Source of the DNA: Kondoa subrosea
Taxonomy: Eukaryota
Assembly: GCA_039545335.1 (NCBI GenBank)
Contig: BCIN01000002.1
Coordinates: 2,758,678 to 2,822,677, forward strand
Length of the DNA stretch: 64,000 nt
Direction: 5' to 3'
Part shown: piece after piece, positions 53,379 to 64,000 of the stretch
How positions within the stretch are numbered: the first letter of the stretch is position 1
Layout: every line of letters begins with the position of its first letter
The notes under the pieces: generated by a model
The model's database searches: none
Told to the model about the DNA's origin: nothing
What the model saw: the letters and a program-made list of their open reading frames with translations, nothing else
Position numbers and translations under genes: made by a program

Positions 53379-56134
53379 TTAATCCCTGTTGACCACCTGA
53401 AGAAGAAACAAGATCAGCAATGTACGGCGTTCGAGCGAAAGCAACTTACAGACCATGCGTATAATGCTATTGCGACGACTCCGATAGCTCCAGCTGTTGT
53501 GATAGCCGTCTGATAGAGACCAATGAGCACAAATCATTCAAAAAGCAAGCCTTGATTCACCTGATTCATGCCCGATTGGGTGTCAGACTCTCGACTCCAA
53601 CGATCTTTGACTAGCTGTTCAGCAGCTTCTTTGCCTTTCAGAAGTCCAGCTCCTGTTGCGTCCAGACTTTCTTGGACAGATGTAGGAGCGCTCTTGACAG
53701 TAACTTCGCTAGCTTCCGGTACCTCATCCACTTCTGCACTGTCATCTTTATCGCTAGAAGTAGATGCCGAATCTCGAGTTGCAGGTTTGAGAGTATGTCG
53801 TTTTCTTCTTCTCCTTTTACTCTTCTTGCTGTTTTCAGATTTCGAATCGCTTTCCAACGCAGCAGCAAGAGCAGCAGCTGTTCGTGCTCTTTCTTCCGCT
53901 TCCACTATGGATTCTTTCGACTTTCGTTCCTTCTCAGCTTCCCATTCCATTACGGCTTTCCTCATTTTCTCCCTTTCCTCTTGCCATACTTCTCGATCTC
54001 TAGCCCAAGATTCTTCAAAAGCTTTCTTCCATCCATCCCATTGTCCTTTAGATTCTTTCACACTAGTTTGAACGGCTTTTTCTAAACTGATCAACCTTTC
54101 TTCTAGCGCACGCATAGATTCACTCGTTTGAGCATGTTGGACTTGTAAAGTAACACCTAATTGATTAGCTTGTTCCAATTCAGCGCTAAGAACTTGAATC
54201 CGATTGGCTAATTCCGTATTTTGTTCTTTTAGGAATTGTTGCGTTGCTCGAGATTCTTCTTCCTCTTCATGTAAAGGAGTAGGTAAGATTCCATTAGCTT
54301 GAGCAAATCGAATTCCGTTTGCTTGTCGAGTAGCTAAATCGTGATCTTCTTCTTCTTCATCATCGAAAGGTCGAGCTGTATCGTTTGAGGCTATAGATCG
54401 ATCATCTTCATCCTCATCATCATCGTCGTCTTCTTCAGGATCAACAGGTAAATCTCTCTCGGCAGAAGAGGATCTAGTTTGATTTGATGAAGCAGAAGAA
54501 GATAACAAAGCACTCATTTCAATTTGTGCTGCTTGCATTTGTTGTCGCAGATGATCTACTTGCGATTTGATCTCTTCATGTTGACCTAAGAGATCTTCCA
54601 AATTCCGGATCTTTTCAACATGATTGGCAAGATTGGATTGAGTATCGTTCAATTGAGCTTGTAATCCTTGAATAGCTTGCTGTGATGCAGCAGCAGAAGC
54701 ATTTGTGCTTTCCATTCTTTGAGCTGCAGATGCCAAAGGTGGAATGCGAGGATAGGTAGGAAGCAGAGGTGGTGGAACATGGCCACCAAGAGTAGCGTGG
54801 ATATCTGACATTGTGTTATGCAGCGAACCAAGATCTGAACCTGTTTCTCTTGATTTCTGTAGCTCGCTCTGCAGGTACCGGCCAATCACGAATCAGCTTA
54901 AGCTGAATGTGCGATTGCTAGACCTGCCTGTAACCTTGAGAGCACATGATCAAAGCTCATACCAGACGAGCTAACGCCCGCTCTGCTCATTCTTCTGAGT
55001 CCAGCTTCACTGACAGCAGCTCTATGAAAGCTGGGCAAATTCTTGGCCAAGGTCTGAGCTTCTTCAGCAGTTAACGCTAAATGAACTTTGGTTGCAACTT
55101 TATGATGCATAATCGTCTTGTTATCTTCTGATGCAATATCAATACCAAATTCCACTATATCTTCCGAATGCAATTGAACTGCTTCAGATCGTTGGGATTC
55201 AAGTGATAATCGTTCCCCATTAATGAATGTTCCGTTTGAAGAACCAACATCTTTGATCCAAACTGCAGGGTTAGATGATCCAGAACTTCCTCCATTAGCT
55301 TGAGGAGCATGATCGTCAAACCAAACTTCCGCATGAGTTCGAGATAAGACTTTTGAATCAAAGTAACCATTATTTGGTGCAGGAACAGTTTTCGCATTCG
55401 TTTGTCTACCAATCTTGATATGTGCACCAAGAGGTAAAAGAGAGATCTGTTTGGGAATAAAAGTATCGTTGAGAGGAAGAAGATGCAAAGCTGGATAATT
55501 CAAGGCAGTCTGCTGTTGCGGATTCGTAGATTGGGCTGAATTGCTTTGAGGCGGTGGTGCAGCTATAGGCTCTCTGGTGCCATAGCTGGAGGGAGGAGGA
55601 TCTCGAGCTGGCAGATTACTATCTGGCACACGAGTAAGGGGATTGAGCGCCGCGCTTGAAGGGAGACCATTTGCTGGCGGTAATGGTGTAGAAGCCAGAG
55701 GTGCTAAAGGTGCATTGGAAAAGAAGTTGGGCAGAGGCAGAGAAGTGCCGCTGGGAGTAGAATGGGAATTGAGGAGAGCTGAACTTGAAGATGGGAGGCC
55801 TGGTTCGTTAGATGTAGAAGTCGTTGCGCTGGCATAAGAGGTGACAGGTAATAGTCTGTTTGTAGTACGCTTGTTGATTGTAGCAGAACCTATTCGCTTC
55901 CGTCAGTTTGGGCTTCCATGAGAATGCCATTCCTGAGAGCTGACCTTTGTGATTTATCGTTCCATTCGTGTCTAGGTTATTGAAGTGAACTTCTGGAGAT
56001 GAGACTCTATCAGGTGTTGAAGGACTGAGAGCAGCATTTGTTGAAAGTGCTGTCAAATGCGAAGTTGCTGAATTCGACAGCGGGGCAGCTTGTTGCCCTA
56101 CAGGTGCAGGTGACTCGGCGTCTTTCTCACTCAT
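53379..56134 (-). CDS. FHA-domain, coiled-coil, tail-anchored protein (Vps64/Far9-Far10/SLMAP-like)
   Basis: FHA: IKIGRQTNAKTVP..NGYFDSKVLSRTHAEVW...IKDVGSSNGTFINGERLS. Long coiled coil and C-terminal TM AITTAGAIGVVAIALYAW. Confidence 0.88.
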
Positions 56135-56539
56135 CAAGGTATCGTGCGAAGCAAGGGTATGATATTGAGGTCGACGTGACAGTTGCGAAAGAAACTCAGG
56201 CTTCCGCAATGATTCCTCAGATCTTGTCGAGTACCACGCGAGTGCTGTTCGAGCAGTCCGCAAGCTTTCGAAACATGAAACGACAGAACAGATACAATGA
56301 ATTATGTGCAATGCTTATATGCAATGCTGAAGACTAGGTTCAAACGAATAATGCAAGATAAACAGACTGCGAACCCGGGAATGTCAGCTTTGTTGTCCAT
56401 AGAAGGTGTTAATGATTGGCTTACATGAAGGGAAAATGGAAATTAACAGAATTGGCCAGCTTGCTCGTGTTTTGAGGCAATCGTGTTCGAGTCTTATCGT
56501 TCTTGTCATTCAGCACTTATAGCAATTCGCGCATAGATT

Positions 56540-57165
56540 ACTCACTGTGAGAGAGCATCCCATAAGATGCTGATACGCCAGCTTCCATGACTTTCAGATC
56601 TATTTCTTCCGTATTTCAACAATCTCGTAAGGTTCATCTTGTGATATCTCGATTTCAGCTTCAGCCCTGAAAATTGACCAAACAGCCTTATGCCATCTAC
56701 TAGAGCTGATAGGAATGATGTAGACCACGAAAGCGTAAATAAGAGCCAAGTAGCCCGGTCCCATGAAGTTTAAGGAAGGCAGAAGGAGATATGCACATCT
56801 AAAGTGTACGGACGCGCAAAGAAGATTGCTGTCAGAACAATTGACGAGCTAAGAAGTGACAGAGCCCATGCAAAGAGGAAACCGGTCAAGATTGAGCTAT
56901 GCAGGAATGTCGGCATTGCAATTTGCAGGCAATCGCTGATGTAGTCTGAGAATGAATTCGACATAATTATGCTTGTCGCGAAGAAGGATAGGATTTGAAA
57001 GATATGGCAGACAATTGAAGCTGGATCCGTCGAATCAATCATCTTCTCGTTCAGAGCGATGAATCTGGTTAAGAACCAGATAAAGGAAGATATGACCGAA
57101 GCGGCGCAGACATAGAAGGGGGCCAGTATGAGAAAGGTCTTGACTGGCATCTTGAGACGTAGCAT
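56540..57165 (-). pseudogene. Multi-pass membrane protein, apparently frameshifted
   Basis: The hydrophobic ORF 56770-57165 continues in another frame (YLLLPSLNFMGPGYLALIYAFVVYIIP) with no usable intron. 3' end uncertain. Confidence 0.35.
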
Positions 57166-57609
57166 TTTGTGAAGAGATGGCCCTAAGCGAGAAATTGTCA
57201 GAAATGTAAGATGTTAGAGCAAAGCCTGCTCACTTGGTTGGATCACCGACTTGCCTTTGACACTCTTTGAGGACTACCAGCGCAACGAAATGAAACACAC
57301 AGGAATGTAGGAGATTCTGTTGAAGCTCGAGCTGCGGTCCTCGTCGCCTGCCACTGGCGCGCTGATCCTCCTACGTTGCGCATAACCTCTACTACGCTGT
57401 CCTTTGCTCTGAGTTGATCTTGTTTCTGGGGTCTAAGGTGGTTTCAAGGAGACCTTGTGTCTCGATATTTTGAGCCTGTACTTGCCTGCCACCACTCTGT
57501 CACTGTTCACGCTGCAAGCAGGGTAGGTACAGCACTCAGTATGCTTCGACTGGATTGACCTAATTTGGTCTTACTGAAGAAGTAACAAACTGGCTTCTCC
57601 GCGCTTTCT

Positions 57610-58874
57610 ATGAGCTTGCAGGGATTGGGTCGCCCTCCATTTCAGGTCTCATTCAATTCTCATGACTCACCACCACCGGATGAGGCTTCCAACAGCGATT
57701 CTGGCCAGTGGAAGATCAAGACGGACAGTGAAGCTTTGATTGACAAGCTAGGTGAGCATTCCTTCAACTCTGCTTTGCGACTGCTCAAAGTACCTCCAGA
57801 ACGACGACTTACTAGACTTCGCAGCAAGAATGGTCAGCTTGAAGGACAGTCGAAGCGTTCGTCCGCTTCAGCAACAAGCGAATCTGACCAAACGGAACAG
57901 CAAGAGGTTGACGAAGGTCTAAACCTGCTACATAACGCTGCTCCTCCAGCTTGTACTCCAGCGTTCGCCCCAACGCTGACAGCTCGACGTTCTTCTTCTG
58001 GCTCGAGAATCATTCAATTAAGTATGGAGAGTTCTTCAGATGAATCTGCAGCAGAAGAAGAGGAACAAGAGGTAGAAGAAGAAGAAGAAAGGGAAGAAGA
58101 AGAACTTGAGGTAGATTCAGATCATTCTTTGCCAAAACGACGTCCTTCAAATAGTCGACCTGTGAATCCTAGAAAACCTAGTATCCAGTAATTGCTTCCT
58201 TCTTCTTTGCTTATGATCAGAGCTAAACATTCCTTCTTGATAGATTCAAGGATATTGTACGAATACATGGAGGCATTCGACGACCCTCTTCTCGCATGCT
58301 ACGAAAATCATCTTCCATTCGCAGACTCTCACCACATTCTTCGCCTGTAAACTTAACACCAGGTTCACCTCCTCCAACTCAATCTTGCGCTTCTTCTTTC
58401 AACAAGTCCCTCTTTTCTTCTCGCGCTTCATCACCAGCCAGTTCAATTTATGCTCCTCTAACACCTGCAAACCCTTATGCTCCTTCCCCCTCTAGAACAT
58501 TGAGTTATTTCAATAATCGATCAGCTGCTGTTTCTAATCGACCTTCTTCTTCTAACAAACATGAAAGTTACAAGCAACTCATTCAGCAACAGCAGGAAGA
58601 ACATAATGCTAGGAAAAGCAGCGATCTACCTCAGCATCACGACAGCAAGGGAAGTAGCTGGTGGTGGTCTTCTTTCTTCCGTAGGAATGGTAGTATTGGA
58701 GAAAGGGAAACTCTCTTACCTGTTCATAAGAAAACGAAAAGCAAGAGTGAAGCGGATGTGAGGTTTGGAGTCAAACCAAAACGGTGGTTCTCGGTCAAGT
58801 ATTGGGGATGGAAATTCAGTCGAGTATACTTGCTATGTTGTGGACCGCATGATGAGGAGGAGGAAGAGGTATAA
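57610..58874 (+). CDS. Low-complexity Ser/Glu-rich hypothetical protein
   Basis: Two long ORFs joined by a short intron (gtaatt...atag). Poly-Glu tract and a Trp-rich C-terminal segment (RFGVKPKRWFSVKYWGW). Confidence 0.6.
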
Positions 58875-58970
58875 AGGAGATTGGGTTCGGAAGATACACG
58901 TTTAACCCGGGTTGGGTGTACTTGTGCTATATATTTGACATTGTGATTTGTATGCATTGCTATCCCACAT

Positions 58971-60649
58971 TTATGACGATGACGAAGTAAGAACATTTCT
59001 TGGCAGCATGGGTGCAAATAAAACGAAGTAGCGGATTATTCTCCAGTTCGAAGTTGGTGGAAGACCCTGCAATAGCCCTCGTTCGATCCTATAAGATATG
59101 AGCGCGATTTAGGTATAGTCGAGAGATGTGACTTACCATGCAGTCACTTGAACAGTACTGCTGCCGAATAACCACGCAAAGCCCCATAGCCTTCCGAGCC
59201 AACCATTGACCTGATAGCCTGTCACGGCCGTATATGTCTGCTCTAGGAAGATGCCGACGGCTGAAGATCGCATTGAGCATGCATGGAATAGAGTTGGTCT
59301 AGATTCACCTTGCAAGACAAAAAAGCGGGTTGTTGTAAACTCTTTATCATAGCCTATCCCCAGATGTTGTTCCGCTGCATAGAAGCCCCATTCATGCATC
59401 AAACCGGAAACGACACTGTTACGGATTTGTAGTCTTAAGTGAAATGCAGTAAGACAACGGGCAGAGAGCAGACATACAATGCAGCCAGCATACCCAAAGC
59501 CAATGATGGTTTCTGTCCTGTCCATCTGAACACGGCTCGACCAGGCTTCAGACCAAGAGCGATGAATTGACGCTGCGCGACTAATGACTTAGTCTGAATC
59601 AGATATGTAGTACAGTCTGACATACAAAGAACAGGCTATGCCACCGTCTCGACCACAAATCTTGTAAAGAGGTAAGCTTGTATGGGTCATTGAATAAGAC
59701 TGGCCAGCGAGATGCGTCGAAAGGAGAGATAAGCCTAAGCTTGTTCCCGATGGTCTGTACGATGAAGACTATAAGCGTGAGACTGATATTGCCATACTCC
59801 ATTCCCGAGAAGCTGCAAAAAACTATGAGTATACAGACATCTTCGGGATTGCGTCTTCAATCACACTGCTTGACCTAAACAGCAGGCCTGAAAGAACTCT
59901 CCAAATTGCTTGAAACCTCGAAACTCTGAAACTCCAAAGCTTCTTAAATAGTCTTGTATTGTTCCATTTCCGTAATTTTGCATGTTCAGCAGCGGTGTAA
60001 GGGATGCGATCGTAATTACATGCCAAAAAATCAAAGTCTTAAGTGCCATGAAGAGAAAAGACCAAGGCTCTTGCGGTAAACATTTAGGTAGCCGATCTTT
60101 CGGTACACCCCAAGACCTGAATTTCACAATAAGAAGAGATCTTCCCGGCTTCTTGCGTCATGTAAAACGCACCAATCCAAGCCTCGAAGGGTAGTGGCCA
60201 ATTCCCAAGGAAATTGAAGCTGATTCGTGAATGGCTTGCCCTGCCATTGATACTCCCTTCGCGGTCGAAAACTCCATTCTATCGCCTTCATTATAGCGTA
60301 AGAAGAGGACATTCCAAGGCTAACACATACATACACATGAATGTCTAGCAATGTGAGTACTTGAGAGGAAAGAGCATACAAGATGAAATTGAGGAGAGTA
60401 GAACCAAAGTTGTACCGCAGCGCAAAACGAACAGATAATGCAATAGCGACGGGACTGAGAGCAGTCCTCAATATTCGCGTGCCCTTGAACTGTAGCAGAT
60501 ATGCCTGAGCAAGCAGAGGCGGAACAAACGCGAGCCTGCTCAACAATCATAAGTCCGACACTTCGGATTCCTTATGACGAAACAGACGCGGTACAGAGCT
60601 CTGGAAAACTGTCATAGGGTAATAACGCTGTATCAAGTGGATCTCTCAT
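58971..60649 (-). CDS. MBOAT-family O-acyltransferase (wax synthase/TRI7-like), copy A
   Basis: LRGLDW, WPVLFNDPYKLTSLQDLWSRRWHSLF, VSGLMHEWG (catalytic His), FFVLQG. Confidence 0.85.
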
Positions 60650-60965
60650 GTTGAGGATATCTTAGTCTAGGGTATCGCTTGGACGTTTGTGGAAGGAACG
60701 GGCAAAGGTGATTTGTAATCATGCCAAGCAAGTCCGCTTCACTGAATGATGATCTAATTGTAATATGAGTGTAGGCCCGTTTCCCTAATTGCAGCACGCT
60801 ACTCCGCTTAAGAATTCTGCACCGTGTAGCAATCGAGAACATCGCTGAAAGGGCATCTCCTAAACACCGTCTATCAGCCATGGTGCTGATGATAATTATA
60901 TGTATATGTAGCTTACGGGAAGCATTAGATTCAATTGAGCCTAGCCCGTTCAGATCCATTGTCAT

Positions 60966-62738
60966 TCAATAAGACAAGAATTGCTTGGGCAGAAAAGAAG
61001 CTTGTGGGACCAGATATCGACTCCAATACCATCTATTCGTAGGCGGTATATTGTTCAATAGTCCACGATCAATCCTGTATATATATATGTTCTATCAACC
61101 TCTGGCTTCGCGCGAGAAAAATTAACAAACCATATCTGAAGCTGAAGAGCTCCTGTTACAAGGAAGAAACCTAACGCCCAGATTCTTCCTCCCCAGCCTC
61201 TCACTCGACATCCAGTAATTGCTGAATAGATCTGCTCTAATATGATTCCAAAGCCTATTCACCCTCTGAATGAAGTACTTTGATTTGGCAAAGGTTGACT
61301 GACCTTGTAGTACGAAGAAGCGAGTAGTACTGAACGTCCAGTCAATTCCCAAACCAAGATGTTGTTGGGCAGCATAAAAGGCCTGAATCCGATTTACTTA
61401 GCTCTGCTGCATGAGGGGAAGAATCTCAGAGACGTACAAATTCGTGTAGAAGACCTGAAACCAAGCTAAATCAAAGAATTAGAACACTTCGAAGAACTAC
61501 AGATCATAAGAACTCACAAAGCGCAAAGCAAACCGATCGCATATGATGTTTGTCTTCCGGTCCACCGGAATAAAGCTCTACCAGGTTGCAAGCCGACAGA
61601 AGTGAATTGCCGCTGTTCTCAGTATCAACTTTATTCTAGTGCAGAATTAGAAACATGGCACACATAGAATACCGCATGCCTGTGATTAAAAACTAAACCT
61701 CGTCAATTGTATGTATGCGTTGATGAACAGCAGTACAGCTGACCATCTCCTGGCCCAAAGATCATTCAGAGAATCAGATTTCCAAGGATTGCGAAACATT
61801 CGAGGCCAAAGTTTGGCATTGAAAGGTTCCGTGTAACCAAAGCGATGTAACACCGTCTGAGCGAAATAGGCAGCCAATGTTCCTGAACTGCAACCACATT
61901 CTAACGCTGCGAAACTATATGCCAGATAAGAGCAACCATGTTGATTCAGGGCTCGTAAGCATACCATGATTGACCTAGAAGAGCAGCTTGAATTAATTGA
62001 CCTAGCATCTCGATGCCTTGGAAGCTCGGTACACCCCATGCGACGAGATAATCAGACATCTGTCCACTGCCGTAGAGCTGCTTATTAAGAAGTGGGGTCA
62101 TTGCAAGCAGAACAACTGCATTCCAGAAGAGAATATGTTTCGTTATTGCAAAGAGGAAAGCACGAGGTTCAGAAAGGAAAGTTGGCGGTAGTCTGTCTGG
62201 TCGAACGCCCCAGGACCTAGTCTTTTGATCAGCTGAAGCATGCGCAGGTTGATAACCCAGGCAGACCATCCAATACCTCTATATATAAATGATCAGCCGC
62301 TAACAGTAGACAGCACAAATGAAGTGCTCACCTCATACTAGTCATCATCTCATATGTCCAGCGAAATCTCGGAAGCGGTTTTCCTAGCCAAACATACTCC
62401 TCTTCGCTTCTAAAGGCCATTTCTACGGAGCGCATGATTCCATAGGCACCTGGAACTCCAAACATGATAGTGTCTAGCAGAGTGGCTCCATAGAAGGAGT
62501 ATCGAAAGGAATATCGAATACAGAGGAAGATGATTGGAGGCAGGAGCGCTATTCGATACAGTCTAGTGTTCTTGTATTGCAACAGGTGGACTTGAAGAAT
62601 GAAGAGAGGAGCTACTGAGTAGCTAGCAATGTGTTGGCTTCCATTGCATATAGGAAAGTGAAATTATCAAGCCTACGCTGTTGCCAATTCAGCTACGGAA
62701 TCTACAGGAAGCAGTCTATCGTAATTTGAAGGTAGCAT
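60966..62738 (-). CDS. MBOAT-family O-acyltransferase (wax synthase/TRI7-like), copy B
   Basis: MRGIGWSWG, WPRMFRNPWKSDSLNDLWARRWHAVF, VSGLLHEF, TTRFFVLQG. First-exon motif shared with copy A (LLPxDSxxELxTA). Confidence 0.85.
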
Positions 62739-62862
62739 GGTATCTAAATCAGCATGTAAGCATGGGTATGTCTTGGTTGGCTCTTAGCAGTCAAGCGTGC
62801 TGAATTCTGGGCATGGAGAACATTGCTTCCCATAATCTCATACCGGTCAATTCACTCTAGCA

Positions 62863-63959
62863 TCAGACAGGTGTATTGTACAATCTGCATCTCACCATGA
62901 ACAACAGAACGTGAAAAGATAAGCAGCAACATACCGATCACCAACCTATAAAGCTTTTGTCAATGGAGACTCTAGCAAAGGTCAGGAATCTACTCACATC
63001 GCCAGCTCCAGGTACGACATAACCCTTACTATTTAACTCCTCATCTGTTTCAAAGCCATTAGAGACATTAATATCCATCACATCCCTCGCGACTTACCAA
63101 GTCCAGCAATAACGATCTGTAATCCAGGACATTGTTGAATGACATTCTGTATACCAGGCATACTGCCCAGAATGCAAAGAAGCTTGATTTGCTTCATTTC
63201 AACTCCCCATTCTTGCAACTGTAATACGTCTATATTAATACTGTAACAAACAGCGGAAGAGAATCATTGACCATATGTACAGCTGCAATAGCAGTACCAC
63301 CTGTACAAATTCGACCGGTCAGCCGTGTTGAACAATCTTGCAAGCTAGAAACTAACCTGTTGCGATCATCGGATCTACCAGATAGACGGTATCTACACCA
63401 CCTCTTGAAGCAGGTAGGCGACTGTAATACTCTGTTGGCTGATCGGGCAAAAATCAGTCTCCATCCTCATTGAAAACGCGGACATTTACTTGAAGCGAGA
63501 CCTATTAACGAGGATAAGCTTTATCGCATTGCAGTAATAGTTCGGCCGCACCTTATCTCTATATAAACCCAAATGATAGACTGGAGCAGAAGGGAAGAGC
63601 TCCAACAGGGAATCAAGCATAGCGTTTCCAGCTCGCATGATAGGTACAATAGCTAAAGAGTTCTTGATCTTGAAGCCTGTGAAAGTTGTGATAGGTGATT
63701 CCTGTTCTCCATTACTCAGTATCTGTCTCTTAGAATGAGTGCGAATAGACTCAGGACATACTTCTTGGATTTCCTCAAGCTCAAGATCTTTGGACGCTTC
63801 TATAGCTACAAGCAGACTGAGCTCTTTGCTCAGTCGACGGAACTCTGCAGGTTGAGTCTTTTTGCTTCTCAATAAGGTGAGCTTGTGCTTGCAGAGCGGA
63901 CTCTCCAATAAAGTAAGCATATCGAGCCCTTCAAGCGATTGTGTTCTGGCCATGTCCAT
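62863..63959 (-). CDS. FUR1: Uracil phosphoribosyltransferase
   Basis: HKLTLLRSKKTQPAEFRRL, IVPIMRAGNAM, YHLGLYRDK, DPMIATGGTAIAA, GYVVPGAGDVGDRLYNT. Confidence 0.92.
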
Positions 63960-64000
63960 GCTTGCGCGTTGTCTTGCAATTGATGAGTGGTTAAAGGAAG

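Noticed and set aside
53568..54085. Long antisense ORFs here and opposite SMC3, DBP7 and others
   Set aside because: They are shadow frames of Glu/Lys/Ala-rich coding sequence with no independent coding signal.
58050..58110. GAA/GAG-rich repeat
   Set aside because: It encodes an ordinary poly-Glu tract and is not an independent repeat element.
59045..59092. GTTCGA/GTTCGATCC T-loop-like motifs suggesting a tRNA
   Set aside because: No cloverleaf can be formed, and the sequence is the antisense of the last MBOAT exon.
62580..62738. Apparent missing start or frameshift at the 5' end of MBOAT copy B (also copy A)
   Set aside because: Both have a short upstream exon with a shared motif and a phase-2 intron.

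Overview
Eukaryotic DNA: a compact, gene-dense, very intron-rich fungal region. It is most likely basidiomycete (inferred from ~50-nt introns with CTRAY-like branch sites and the gene content). Because nearly every gene is split by many short introns, the ORF track shows only fragments, so I reconstructed exon chains by hand. Recognisable genes: GST, RecQ-family helicase, Tgl1/Yeh-type lipase, RGS membrane protein, ECM31/panB, DBP7, SMC3, NAD(P)-binding reductase, KduD-like SDR, PAM16, VOA1/Ac45-like protein, GDSL esterase, MYND protein, ALG1, SDO1, sulfite oxidase, cupin, ERD2, FHA/SLMAP-like protein, two tandem MBOAT acyltransferases and FUR1. These are interleaved with orphans and several decaying genes (F-box and membrane proteins). 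Strongest leads: (1) an 11-exon secreted, probably GPI-anchored protein with a copper histidine-brace/LPMO-like signature that I cannot place in a named family (35397-37088, minus); (2) two single-nucleotide exons needed to keep the lipase in frame (G7418, G7536); (3) at least eight GC-AG introns, three in SMC3; (4) an alpha/beta-hydrolase lacking its catalytic serine. No rRNA, tRNA, CRISPR array or intact mobile element was seen. Gene boundaries are manual predictions without transcript data.
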